A stretch of 64,000 bases of DNA from an uncultured Bdellovibrionales bacterium (lineage in GTDB: Bacteria > Bdellovibrionota > FAC87 > UBA2466): NCBI GenBank assembly GCA_937903155.1, contig CALCZU010000030.1, forward strand, positions 5,257-69,256, given 5' to 3'. Below are positions 34,999 through 45,045 of the stretch, piece by piece (position 1 is the stretch's first letter; the number at the start of each line of letters is the position of its first letter). A program made the position numbers and the translations under genes. The notes under the pieces are model-generated. The model made no database searches. It was not told where the DNA came from and saw only the letters and a program-made list of their open reading frames with translations.

Positions 34999-37900
34999 CT
35001 ATCTAAAATCGATCTTCAGTTCATTTTCTGGATAGAGTTGTTTCAATTCGGCGATTTTATTGCGGTTGAGCGGAATCAGTTCCTTTGCTCTCAGTACCGT
35101 ACTCGTCAGTGGGCTATTGAGATGCAAAAACACGGGGCTTCCAGCTTTATCGTTAGAAGTTCCGAAGAACCTTTTTAAAATTTCGAGTTTTCCGGAATCC
35201 GCCGATTTATTGAGCGGAAAGTGAACATGGATTTCGCGCGCCATGGCTTCGTAAGCATGTCTTAAAGGGAGAATTTTCGAATTCGATTTTTTCGATAGGA
35301 TTAATTTTGGCGTTTTGTCGGTCACTTCTACCGTCGCTTTGATCCACAGAGGCTCTCCTGATTTTAACGTCGCTTCGTTTTCAATATAGATATCCGAAAA
35401 AGCCACGACTTCGACAGTCCCTGTTCTATCTTCTAAGTTCACAAACGCCATGCGATCGCCGCGTTTGGTGATAATTTCGCGCAAAGTAGAAACTTCGGCA
35501 CCGATGAGAACTTCTTTTCCACTCGAGATGCGCGCAAGATTATCAATCGTCGATGTCGTGTAACGATAGAGCTCGTCTTCAAAATCGTCTAGAGGATGGC
35601 CCGTGACGTAAAAACCAATCGTGTCCTTTTCGTATTTTAATTCGAGCAAGCGCGGCCAAGCTTCTTCGAGTTCGTATTCAATTTTTCGTTGGCTGAAAGT
35701 TGAATCAGCATCGCCGAATAAATCGGAGAAAGACGGTTGGTTGTCATCCAAAGTTTTCTGAACACTCGATCCCATTTCCAAGGCCGCGTCTATGGTTTTA
35801 AAAATACTCGCGCGGTTGACTCCAAAACTGTCAAATGCGCCAGCTTTGGTGAGGGCTTCGACGACCCGCTTATTCGTCGTGCGCGTGCTGACTCGAGTGC
35901 AGAGATCAAAGAGATCTTTGAAAGGCCCGCCTTTTTTTCTGGCTTCTAAAATCGAATCGATGGCGACTTGGCCGACGCCTTTGATAGCGCCCAGTCCGAA
36001 ACGGATTTTTTGGTCCGGAAGCACTGTAAAATCAGTTTCACTCTCATTGATATCCGGTTGCAGAACTTGGATTTTGTGGCGTTTGGCATCGGCGATGTAT
36101 TTTGTGATGTTGTCACTGTCATCGCGTTCGGAAGAGAGCAGAGCCGCGTAGAATTCCACCGGATAATGCGCTTTGAGATAAGCCGTTTGACAAGTAATAA
36201 CCGAATAGGCCGCCGCATGGGATTTGTTAAATCCGTACTCCGCGAATTTCGCCATCAAATCAAAAAGTGCCTCGGCTTTTTTCGCGTCGTGATTATTTTT
36301 TGCCGCGCCATCGAGGAAGATCTGCTTTTGCTTGGCCATTTCTTCGGGTTTTTTCTTTCCCATGGCTCGGCGGAGAAGGTCGGCACCTCCAGCGGTGTAG
36401 CTTGCAAGCGACATCGCGATTTGCTGAACCTGTTCTTGGTAAACCATAATACCGTAGGTCTCTTGCAAGATAGGTCTCAACTCTTCAAATTCGTAAACGA
36501 CTTGGATGTTTCCATGTTTTCGGCCGATAAATTCATCGAGCATTACCATCGGACCGGGTCGATAGAGAGAAATAATCGCGATAATATCTGCAAAGCGATC
36601 GGGTTTCGCTTTTTTGAGCAGATCCTGCATCCCCGAGCTTTCGAGCTGGAACACTCCAAACGTGTCGCCCTTCGAAAGCATCTCGTAAGTTTTTTTGTCG
36701 TTTAAAGGAATTTTATAAACGGTAAAATCTAAATCGGGATAAAGTCCCCGAATGAGTCGCTCGGCACTGGCTAAGAACGTTAAGTTTTTTAAACCTAAGA
36801 AGTCGAATTTAATCAGCCCAATCCGATCGGCATTGCCCATATCGAATTGGATGACCATTTCATTATTTTTTCCTTTAAATAAAGGAACATGCTCGACCAT
36901 CGGTCGGTTAGAAATCACAAGCCCCGCGGCGTGAATGGAAGCGTGGCGTCCCAAGCCTTCTAAGGCGCGACAGACTTGAAAAAGTTGCGCCATCTTGGGG
37001 TCCGTCTCGGTCAGTTGTCGTAAGCGGACCTCTTGTTCAAAAGCTTCTTCTAATGAAATGTTAATCGTTTCCGGAACGAGTTTCGCGATGCGATCAATAT
37101 CGCTATTTACCATTCCGAACACGCGTCCGACGTCTCGGATCACACCACGCGCTTGCAGTTTACCGAAGGTAATAATCTGCGCGACGCAGTCGGTGCCGTA
37201 CTTATTCACGACGTAAGAGATAATCTGATCGCGCTTTTGTTTACAAAAGTCGACGTCAAAGTCGGGAAGTGAGATACGTTCGGGGTTTAGAAAACGTTCG
37301 AATAAAAGTCCATGTTCGAGCGGATCGAGATCCGTAATTTTTAAACACCAAGCGATGAGACTTCCGGCTCCGGACCCTCGACCGGGTCCAACAGGGATGT
37401 CGTGATCTTTCGCGTGATTAATGAAATCCGCCACGATCAAGAAGTAACCCGTAAACCCCATGTTATTGATCACTTTGAGTTCGCGTTCGAGACGGTCGTT
37501 ATATTTTTTGTGTTCTTCAGGCGTTAACGCTAAGTAACCTGCTTCGCCGAATTTTTCTTTCAGTCGGTACTCAAGTCCTGCAATCGATTGCTCTTCGATA
37601 AATTCAACCTGAGTTTTTCCACCCGGAGGCTCGAACTTAGGATAGTAATAAATTTTCTTTCCCTGATCGTCGTCAAATTTAAAATCATAGTTACACTGCG
37701 ACGCGATTTCCATCGTGTTAGCGATGGCTTCGGGGCAATAAGAAAAATCTTCTTCCATCACGGCTTGCGGTTTGAAATAGAATTCATCTGATCGGATGCT
37801 CGAACCCGAAGTGTCTTCCATTACGTTGCCGGATTGAATCGACATCAAGACTTCGTGTGAGAAAACATCTTCTCTTTTCAAGTAATGAACGTCCGCCGTC

Positions 37901-38535
37901 GCCACGAGCTTAATATCCAAATCTTTTGCAAGCTCTTGCAGGCGTTGGTTGATCATCATCTGCTGTGGGACGCCGTTATTTTGAATTTCGAGATAAAACC
38001 GCTCGCCAAAAATTTTCTTGTAATCGAGCGCTGCCGCTCTGGCTCGATCCATATCGCCTAGCATGCACAAGTTTGGGATTTCGCCTTTCATGCATGCGGA
38101 TGTGGCAATGAGCCCTTCGGAGTACTGATTCAAAATTTCTTTATCGATTCGAGGTTTATAATAAAATCCTTCCAGATAACCCAATGAAACGAGTTTACTA
38201 AGATTGCGATAACCGATTTCGTTTTGCACAAGCAAAATCAAATGGCTTAATCCGGATTTTGAAGGTAAGTAAGGCGCGAGTTCGTCGTCTCCGCTTCCCG
38301 TATTTTTCATGAGACGCGATGCGGGCGCCATGTACATTTCACATCCCAGGATCGGTTTGATCCCGTATTGCTTCCCCTTCATGTAAAAATCGAGGACCCC
38401 GAACATATTGCCGTGATCGGTTAAGGCAACGGCTTGCATCTTGTCTTCGGCGGCAGCTTTAAAAAGATCGTCGAAGCGAATAGTCGAATCGAGCAGGCTG
38501 AACTGCGAGTGTAAATGAAGATGAGTAAATGCCAC
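34999..38535 (-). CDS. dnaE: DNA polymerase III alpha subunit
   Basis: PHP domain HLHLHSQFSLLDS, GPGRGSGAGSLIAWCLKITDLDP, DFDVDF, HAAGLVIS. 1178 aa, GTG start. Confidence 0.95.
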   Translation of the reverse strand: MAFTHLHLHSQFSLLDSTIRFDDLFKAAAEDKMQAVALTDHGNMFGVLDFYMKGKQYGIKPILGCEMYMAPASRLMKNTGSGDDELAPYLPSKSGLSHLILLVQNEIGYRNLSKLVSLGYLEGFYYKPRIDKEILNQYSEGLIATSACMKGEIPNLCMLGDMDRARAAALDYKKIFGERFYLEIQNNGVPQQMMINQRLQELAKDLDIKLVATADVHYLKREDVFSHEVLMSIQSGNVMEDTSGSSIRSDEFYFKPQAVMEEDFSYCPEAIANTMEIASQCNYDFKFDDDQGKKIYYYPKFEPPGGKTQVEFIEEQSIAGLEYRLKEKFGEAGYLALTPEEHKKYNDRLERELKVINNMGFTGYFLIVADFINHAKDHDIPVGPGRGSGAGSLIAWCLKITDLDPLEHGLLFERFLNPERISLPDFDVDFCKQKRDQIISYVVNKYGTDCVAQIITFGKLQARGVIRDVGRVFGMVNSDIDRIAKLVPETINISLEEAFEQEVRLRQLTETDPKMAQLFQVCRALEGLGRHASIHAAGLVISNRPMVEHVPLFKGKNNEMVIQFDMGNADRIGLIKFDFLGLKNLTFLASAERLIRGLYPDLDFTVYKIPLNDKKTYEMLSKGDTFGVFQLESSGMQDLLKKAKPDRFADIIAIISLYRPGPMVMLDEFIGRKHGNIQVVYEFEELRPILQETYGIMVYQEQVQQIAMSLASYTAGGADLLRRAMGKKKPEEMAKQKQIFLDGAAKNNHDAKKAEALFDLMAKFAEYGFNKSHAAAYSVITCQTAYLKAHYPVEFYAALLSSERDDSDNITKYIADAKRHKIQVLQPDINESETDFTVLPDQKIRFGLGAIKGVGQVAIDSILEARKKGGPFKDLFDLCTRVSTRTTNKRVVEALTKAGAFDSFGVNRASIFKTIDAALEMGSSVQKTLDDNQPSFSDLFGDADSTFSQRKIEYELEEAWPRLLELKYEKDTIGFYVTGHPLDDFEDELYRYTTSTIDNLARISSGKEVLIGAEVSTLREIITKRGDRMAFVNLEDRTGTVEVVAFSDIYIENEATLKSGEPLWIKATVEVTDKTPKLILSKKSNSKILPLRHAYEAMAREIHVHFPLNKSADSGKLEILKRFFGTSNDKAGSPVFLHLNSPLTSTVLRAKELIPLNRNKIAELKQLYPENELKIDFR

Positions 38536-38602
38536 GGTTATCTTACTCTTACTTCGAGGCCATTGGCTTGTCGATTGGCGAGTGTGACGCGATGAGTCTG
38601 TT

Positions 38603-40129
38603 TTAGAGTTTATCTTTCAGGTATTGCTTAATTTTTTCTAAGGTTGCCCCAAATCCAGCAGTGCGTGGCTCGTTCGAAATAACTTCGATGAGTTTGAGAT
38701 GGCTTTCAAGAGTGTTTAAAAGTGTTTTCGCTGTTTTGAGATTGTATCCTTTGCTCTTTGCTTGAACCTCGATTTCTCCTAACTCCGCAATGAGTTTTTC
38801 GGCATCTTTTCGAGGCGTTTCATTGAGTAGGAATTGCGCGCCGCTTTGAGCCGCCAGCCGGGAGCTCACAAGTGAGATCTGAACAATGCCCGCGAAAAGG
38901 TCGACATCGTGGATATTTTCTAAAATGAGGAACTTCCTCGACTCAACCATTCTCGCTTTTAGGTTATCGACGACTTTCTTTTTTAGATAGGGTGTTTCTG
39001 TCGTTTCGATGAGCGGCGAGACCATCTCGAGGACAAAATATCTTGCGACATACGCGCGATATCCTACTGAGATTGGCTGTGAAGAATCAATTTGAAATTG
39101 GTTTAAGAGGGAGGAGAGTCCTTCCACGTAATTTGCTTTGTAAGCGTAGAGTTTCGTCGCCAGTTTTTTAAAATCTTTTTCTAAAGACGGGAGGTCGAAA
39201 AACAAAGGGACTCCGTTTTTGGGCTCTTTTACCTCGTTGGGAATATCTAATTGACCTAAATCCGCTTCTCCCCAACAGACCGGAACGCCTTCGTCAGAAA
39301 TTGCGCACGTGTGGTTTCTGCCGGAGGCAATTTGATTCACTTTTCCTACCAGGGTTTCGGGAACCGAGCACTGTCCCTTGCCGTCGTATCCCCAGCAAGT
39401 GACGTCCCCTTTTTCTGAGAGGGCACAGGTGTGATCATCGCCCGACGAAACATGGGTGATTTTGGACAAACCAGAAGGAACCGTTCTTTGGTAATTACTA
39501 TCTTTTCCCCAACATTTCACAATTCCTTCTTCAGAGACTGCGCAGGTGTGTTGACCTCCCGCTGAAATCTGTTTTGCTTTAAAAGATGTGGGAGGATTAG
39601 TTTGGTTAAAACCGTTGTATCCCCAGCAAGTTACCTGACCCTCTTGCGAAAGCGCACAGTTATGATCTCCGCCCGACGAGATTTGTTTAATTTTCGCGAG
39701 AGTCGGGGGAACATTCGTCTGAGATTCGTTATTCAGTCCCCAACAAAAGACCTGGCCTGCTTCAGAAAGAGCGCAGGTGTGATAATTGCCAAGGGAAATC
39801 TGCCGGATCTTGGGCAAACGGGAGGGAACTGTACTTTGCCCGCTGCCATTAGCTCCCCAACAATGAACTTCTCCCTCGGACAGTGCACAACTGTGAAAAT
39901 TGCCCAAAGAAACCTGTTGAACTTTGGTTAAATGGGAAGGAACCGTACTTTGTTTGTCCGTATTGTATCCCCAGCAAGAAAGTTTACCTGTTTCCGAAAG
40001 TGCGCAAGTGTGTTTGCCACCCGCAATGACTGCTCGTTCATTTTTCTGGGCATTCTCAATCGTAGCGGTGTCCCATCCCAGTCCTATCGTTGCGAATGAA
40101 ATACAAATGGTTAAAAGTATAGTTTTCAT
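38603..40129 (-). CDS. Exported 7-blade RCC1-like propeller protein with a conserved C-terminal helical module (paralog A)
   Basis: Signal peptide. Seven ~38-aa repeats of type QISxGxxHTCALSExGxVxCWGxNxxxQxxVP. C-terminal ~200 aa shared with the three upstream genes, ending EPRTAGFGATLEKIKQYLKDKL. Confidence 0.85.
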   Translation of the reverse strand: MKTILLTICISFATIGLGWDTATIENAQKNERAVIAGGKHTCALSETGKLSCWGYNTDKQSTVPSHLTKVQQVSLGNFHSCALSEGEVHCWGANGSGQSTVPSRLPKIRQISLGNYHTCALSEAGQVFCWGLNNESQTNVPPTLAKIKQISSGGDHNCALSQEGQVTCWGYNGFNQTNPPTSFKAKQISAGGQHTCAVSEEGIVKCWGKDSNYQRTVPSGLSKITHVSSGDDHTCALSEKGDVTCWGYDGKGQCSVPETLVGKVNQIASGRNHTCAISDEGVPVCWGEADLGQLDIPNEVKEPKNGVPLFFDLPSLEKDFKKLATKLYAYKANYVEGLSSLLNQFQIDSSQPISVGYRAYVARYFVLEMVSPLIETTETPYLKKKVVDNLKARMVESRKFLILENIHDVDLFAGIVQISLVSSRLAAQSGAQFLLNETPRKDAEKLIAELGEIEVQAKSKGYNLKTAKTLLNTLESHLKLIEVISNEPRTAGFGATLEKIKQYLKDKL

Positions 40130-40132
40130 TTT

Positions 40133-41800
40133 TTAAATCTTTCCTTTTAGATATTGGCGGATTTTTTCTAAGGTAGCGCCGAATCCTGCTGTGCGAGGTT
40201 CTGTCGTGATGATTTCGATGAGCTTCTGATTTTTTTCAAGGAGACTGAATAACTCTTTCGATTGAGCGACGAGGTTGCCTTGTAACTTTATCTGAGTTTC
40301 GAGTGCCCCAAGGTCAGAGAAAAAATTTTGTGCGAGCTTCTGGCTGTTTTCGTCAACAAGGAAGGAGACGCTATTTTGCATGGCGAGTCGGCATACGGTG
40401 ATCGACGTTTTAAAAATAGAAGCGGTTAAATCAGCTTCGTGAACATTTTCTAACGTCAGAAGTTTTTTTGACTCATTCAAAGAAGTTCGTAAGTTTTTGA
40501 TGGCCTTCTTTTTGATAAAAGGCGTTTCGGTCGTCTCGAGAAGCGGCTCTAGCATTTCAAGAATAAAATACCTTGTGGCGTAAGCACGGTAACCTGCAGC
40601 CAAAGGTTTGGAAGGGTCCAAAATAAACTGGCTAGTGAGTGTACTCAGCCCTTTGATGTAGTTCGATTTATAGCTATAAAGTCTGGTTGAGAGTTTTTTG
40701 AGATCTTTTTCGAGTGACTCGAGTCGAAAAACAATCTCAGGCCCTTGGGAGAGGTCTTCGATTTCTTTTGGTATCGTCGTGATGCCATGATGTTTGGAAC
40801 CCCAGCAGGTAAGCTCTTCTTCTTTTATGGAGACTGCGCACGTGTACCCCTCGCCTAAAAAGATCCTCTTCGTTTTTTTGAGTTGGGGAGGAACGGCTGT
40901 TTGTCCTTTATCGTTTTCTCCCCAGCAGTCGACGTCCCCTTCTTCAGAAAGCGCGCACGTATGGTAGTAGCTTGACTCAATTTGCCGAGTTTTGTTTAGG
41001 CTTAAGGGAACTTTTGTTTGGCCTCGTTCGCCATGCCCCCAACAGGATACTGAACCTTCTTGTGAAAGAGCACAGGTATGGAGCGCACCTAAGATGATTT
41101 GTTTTGCTTTTGGCAAGTCCGGTGAGACGGAAGTCTGTAAAACATTCCATCCCCAGCATTCCACTTTTCCGTCGTCGGAGAGAATACAGGCGTGTCTTCC
41201 TCCCAAGACAATCTCTTTAGCTTTGAGCAAGCTCTCTGGTACTCTATCAATCCAGAATTCAGGATTGCCTTTTTGATCCGTCATTCCGCCCCACCCCCAA
41301 CAAAAAACTGAGCCTTCTTCTGTCACAGCACAAGTTCTTTCATCGCGTATTACAATGTTTTTTGTTCTGGGTAAGTTTTTGGGGACTGCCGTCTGTTTCA
41401 GATCGTTTTTTCCCCAGCAAGACACAATTCCTTTCTCGGATAAGGCGCACGAGTGATGATTTCCGGCAGCGATTTGTTTCGATTTCGCTAGATTTGGGGG
41501 GGCCGCTGTTTGAAGATACTCGTTGTCGCCCCAACACGTAACGACTCCTTCCTCGGAAAGCGAACAAATATGATCTGAGCCCAGTGCAATCTGCACAGAA
41601 GGGTCTAAACGAGAGGGTGTTGAGCTGGCTCCCCAGCAATGGACTCCTCCGAATTTAGAAAGGGCGCAAGCGTGGCGTGCTCCGGCGGCGACTGCGATGC
41701 CACTGTCTTGTGCTTCATTGATAGTGACGTTTGCCTGGCCAAAACCAATGGATGCAAAAATGCTAAAAATGAAAATCAGTTTGAACCCGTTTCTTTTCAT
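40133..41800 (-). CDS. Exported 8-blade RCC1-like propeller protein with a conserved C-terminal helical module (paralog B)
   Basis: Signal peptide, eight HxCAL...CWG repeats, C-terminal module ending EPRTAGFGATLEKIRQYLKGKI. 3-nt gap to paralog A. Confidence 0.85.
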   Translation of the reverse strand: MKRNGFKLIFIFSIFASIGFGQANVTINEAQDSGIAVAAGARHACALSKFGGVHCWGASSTPSRLDPSVQIALGSDHICSLSEEGVVTCWGDNEYLQTAAPPNLAKSKQIAAGNHHSCALSEKGIVSCWGKNDLKQTAVPKNLPRTKNIVIRDERTCAVTEEGSVFCWGWGGMTDQKGNPEFWIDRVPESLLKAKEIVLGGRHACILSDDGKVECWGWNVLQTSVSPDLPKAKQIILGALHTCALSQEGSVSCWGHGERGQTKVPLSLNKTRQIESSYYHTCALSEEGDVDCWGENDKGQTAVPPQLKKTKRIFLGEGYTCAVSIKEEELTCWGSKHHGITTIPKEIEDLSQGPEIVFRLESLEKDLKKLSTRLYSYKSNYIKGLSTLTSQFILDPSKPLAAGYRAYATRYFILEMLEPLLETTETPFIKKKAIKNLRTSLNESKKLLTLENVHEADLTASIFKTSITVCRLAMQNSVSFLVDENSQKLAQNFFSDLGALETQIKLQGNLVAQSKELFSLLEKNQKLIEIITTEPRTAGFGATLEKIRQYLKGKI

Positions 41801-43467
41801 GCTTTTTCCTTGAGATACACTTTGACTTTTTCGAGCGTCGCACCAAAGCCGGATGTTCTGGACTCAGAGGACAAATGCTCGATGAGTTTGGGGCTCGATT
41901 GCAGAATTCCTAAAAGTTCTTTGGCTTGGGATTTCTTATAGCCTTCAGTTTTGAACGCGGCTTCGAGTAGGCCTAAGTCGGTCATCATTTTCTCGGCATC
42001 TTTTCGAAGGTTTTCATCGAGGATGAATTGGGTGGAGTTTTGAAGCGAGAGCTTCACGGCTGAAAACGCGACTTGGTAAATTCCGGAACTGAGCTCGATG
42101 TCTTGAATGCCTGCGATTTCGAGCTGCTTTTTCGAATTCGTGAGCCCTAACTTCAAGTTTTCAAGCACTTTCTCTTTTACGAAAGGCGTTTCAGTCGTTT
42201 CGATCACGGCGGCAAGCATTTCAAGAGCGAAATAACGCGAGAGAAGCGAGCGATAACTAAACCCAGCGGCGACCGACGGATCGACTTTGAACTGAGGGAG
42301 AATCGAAGAAATTCCTCTCACGTAATTGCCTTTATACGAATAAAGTTTTTTGGCTAGTCTATCCAAATTCTTTTCCAGTGCGTCTAAGTTAAAATGGACG
42401 AGACCATCCTCCGTGGTTAAATCGAGCTGATAGGGATCAAATTTAAAGTCGGTCGTACAGAGAACCGGGTGGGTGGTGCTAATGACCGAGTTTTCGGAAG
42501 ATTCCACAGGTTCGGTTAGGTATTTAAGATCTAAATCGACTTTTCCAAGTTCGACGACCGTACTTTCTGAAGGCAGATACTCCACCGTCTGCATGTGCGA
42601 ATTCGCTGTAAAAGCACATACGCTCGTGCCCCTAAGAGAAGCGCTTTTGACTTTGTCGTGATATTCGAAAGGGGTGTAGTATCTTACATTCGTATTGAAA
42701 CCGTTTGGGTAAGCACACGTCACTTTGTATCTCCCTCCACTGGCGCCTTCAGTCCAAATTTTACTATTCGCGCTTTCTGAAATTGTGGCCGATTCGGCTA
42801 AGCGTTTTCGTAGACTTTTTGAAAAGTTTTCCGCCTTGCCGATCGGACTCCAATCTTTGCCAAACTCTGCACACGCTGTCTTGTGCTTATCGAACATGAC
42901 CGGCTCACTCAATTTGTAGATTTTTTTAACATCGGGAAGATACATCACCGAAAAAAACGAGAGGTTAACGACTCTCATTCGCTCTTTCTGAAAATCTTCC
43001 GATAGGATGAGTTTTTTCTCTTTCTCAATGGCGTTTAGGATTTCTTTATCCGCTAACGTCACTCTTTCACGCATTTGTTCAGTCGCTAATAAAGTTTCTT
43101 CCGCTTTTTTAAGTTCATCCTGTCGCAGGTCATTGTTCGTTAAATGGACGCGGAGATTTTTAAGTTTCGAATCCAAAGCGACGCCTGTGGGAATTCCCCC
43201 ATAAAGTCTATCGACGACGCCATAAAAACTTTGAACGCTGCGGACGTAGTTGTCATGATCAGCGGAAAATACTTGGGCTTGCGGCTGTCCTGAACAACCT
43301 CGGACAGGTGGAGGCGCATTGTCTTTACACTTTTCAAAAAAGACTCGATTACCTACGCGATAAACCAACGCGCGAGACGCGTCAGAATATTCCAGAGTTA
43401 GATCTGCAAATCCAGACATAGAGATTGTAAAAACAAGAGCCGCTGTTCTTAAAAAAGATTTTTTCAT
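41797..43467 (-). CDS. Exported protein with a non-RCC1 N-terminal domain and the same C-terminal helical module (paralog C)
   Basis: Signal peptide. ~350-aa head without HxCAL...CWG repeats. C-terminal module LDALEKNLDRLAKKLYSYKGNYVRG...ESRTSGFGATLEKVKVYLKEKA. ATGA overlap with paralog B. Confidence 0.85.
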   Translation of the reverse strand: MKKSFLRTAALVFTISMSGFADLTLEYSDASRALVYRVGNRVFFEKCKDNAPPPVRGCSGQPQAQVFSADHDNYVRSVQSFYGVVDRLYGGIPTGVALDSKLKNLRVHLTNNDLRQDELKKAEETLLATEQMRERVTLADKEILNAIEKEKKLILSEDFQKERMRVVNLSFFSVMYLPDVKKIYKLSEPVMFDKHKTACAEFGKDWSPIGKAENFSKSLRKRLAESATISESANSKIWTEGASGGRYKVTCAYPNGFNTNVRYYTPFEYHDKVKSASLRGTSVCAFTANSHMQTVEYLPSESTVVELGKVDLDLKYLTEPVESSENSVISTTHPVLCTTDFKFDPYQLDLTTEDGLVHFNLDALEKNLDRLAKKLYSYKGNYVRGISSILPQFKVDPSVAAGFSYRSLLSRYFALEMLAAVIETTETPFVKEKVLENLKLGLTNSKKQLEIAGIQDIELSSGIYQVAFSAVKLSLQNSTQFILDENLRKDAEKMMTDLGLLEAAFKTEGYKKSQAKELLGILQSSPKLIEHLSSESRTSGFGATLEKVKVYLKEKA

Positions 43468-43470
43468 CCT

Positions 43471-44991
43471 TTAGACCTTTTCTTTGAGATAGTTTTTAAT
43501 TTTTTCGAGCGTGGCGCCAAAGCCCGTGGTGCGAGCTTCTACGGAAAGTGTTTGGATTAGCTTTGGGTTTGTTTCAAGAAGGTTGAGAAGTTCCTTGGCT
43601 TGGGACTCGGTGTATCCGTTTGATTTCAATTGGACTTCGAGCTCTCCAAGTTTTGTGAGGAGAAGCTCGGCGTCTTTGCGTTGGTCTTCGTTAAGAAGAA
43701 ACTGTGCGCTGTTTTGAATCGCGAGGCGGGAGGCCATCAGCGATATTTTGTAAGTATTCATCCCCAATTCGATATCTTGTATCTCGGAGAGCTCTAAAGA
43801 TTTTTTTGCATCAGTGAGCTCCTTTTTTAAATTCATCACAACTTTTTCTTTGATGAAGGGCGTGTCCGTTGTCTCAACTAAAGGCGACAGCATTTCGAGC
43901 GCGAAGTATCGAGCGAGATATTTTTTATATTCGGCAGCAACGGGAAGTTTTTCATCGATAGGCAACTGAGTGATGAGAGCCGCCAAACCCTTCACGTAAT
44001 TTGCTTTATAAGAGTAAATTTTCTTCGCGATTCGATAAAAGCTTTTTTCTAAGCTTTGAAGGTTAAATTTTACCGGTGTGATTCCTGCTTGCAGTTCACT
44101 CACCTCATGGGGAACTCCAAGTTGTTTATAGTTGTTATCTCCCCAACAGAGAATTTCATCCCCGTCCATCTTTCCACAGGCATGGAAACCTCCCGCGGTG
44201 ACAGATTGCATTTCAGTAGGCATCACGGAGGGAAGGGTTCCGCCATCATGTCGTCCCCAGCAGTAAACCTTGCCGGTTTCGGCTACCGCACAAGTAAAAA
44301 AATAACCGACAGAAATCTGTTTAATCTTCGGTAACGAAGACGGAACGTCCGCTTGACCATCTCTTGAGCTACTGCCCCAGCAAAAAATTTTACCTTCTTC
44401 GGAAAGAGCGCAAGCATGATGCATTCCTGTTCCAATTTGTTTGATCTTGGGTAACTCAGGGACGGCAGGAATAGATTCTTGAAGTCCCCAACACTTTACT
44501 TTTCCCTCAACGGAAAGAGCGCAACTCGCATACCAGCCTGCCGAGATTTGTTTGATTTCGGGGAGGTAAGGAACATCGTTTTGTCCTGATGAATTGATGC
44601 CATAACATCGCACGATCCCGACTGAGGACAAGGTGCAAGTCGTTTGACCGGCTGCCGAGATTTGCTTGATATTGGATCCGGGGACACTGCTTTGATTTTC
44701 GAGGTTTGAGCCCCAACAAATTACTTTACCGGCTTCCGACAGCGCGCAGCTGTGTTCATTTCCTAAAGACACCTGAATGATTTTCGGAAGGGAAGGGGGA
44801 ACTTCATTCTCATGATGAGAACCTTCACCCCAACATTTTGTGACTTTGCCCTCATCGGATAAGGCGCAGTTGTGAAGAGGTCCCGCCGCGATAGAAACGC
44901 CTGTCTCCATCGCTTCTTTCAGATTTGCATCGTCCAGACTAAAGGAGAGACTGGAAAGAATGACCGCCGACAATAAGAGAAGGGTTTTCAT
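43471..44991 (-). CDS. Exported 7-blade RCC1-like propeller protein with a conserved C-terminal helical module (paralog D)
   Basis: Signal peptide, seven repeats, C-terminal module ending EARTTGFGATLEKIKNYLKEKV. 3-nt gap to paralog C. Confidence 0.85.
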   Translation of the reverse strand: MKTLLLLSAVILSSLSFSLDDANLKEAMETGVSIAAGPLHNCALSDEGKVTKCWGEGSHHENEVPPSLPKIIQVSLGNEHSCALSEAGKVICWGSNLENQSSVPGSNIKQISAAGQTTCTLSSVGIVRCYGINSSGQNDVPYLPEIKQISAGWYASCALSVEGKVKCWGLQESIPAVPELPKIKQIGTGMHHACALSEEGKIFCWGSSSRDGQADVPSSLPKIKQISVGYFFTCAVAETGKVYCWGRHDGGTLPSVMPTEMQSVTAGGFHACGKMDGDEILCWGDNNYKQLGVPHEVSELQAGITPVKFNLQSLEKSFYRIAKKIYSYKANYVKGLAALITQLPIDEKLPVAAEYKKYLARYFALEMLSPLVETTDTPFIKEKVVMNLKKELTDAKKSLELSEIQDIELGMNTYKISLMASRLAIQNSAQFLLNEDQRKDAELLLTKLGELEVQLKSNGYTESQAKELLNLLETNPKLIQTLSVEARTTGFGATLEKIKNYLKEKV

Positions 44992-45045
44992 TTCGACACT
45001 TTTCCTTTGAGATAAAGTTTTATTTTTTGCAATCTGCCGAGACTT

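Noticed and set aside
35968-36705. 245-aa plus-strand ORF (with neighbours 35737-35949, 35792-36151, 36267-36449, 36752-36934 and 36995-37216)
   Set aside because: It lies entirely antisense within dnaE, whose product has unmistakable Pol III alpha motifs. The translations are low-complexity, Arg/Phe-rich shadow ORFs.
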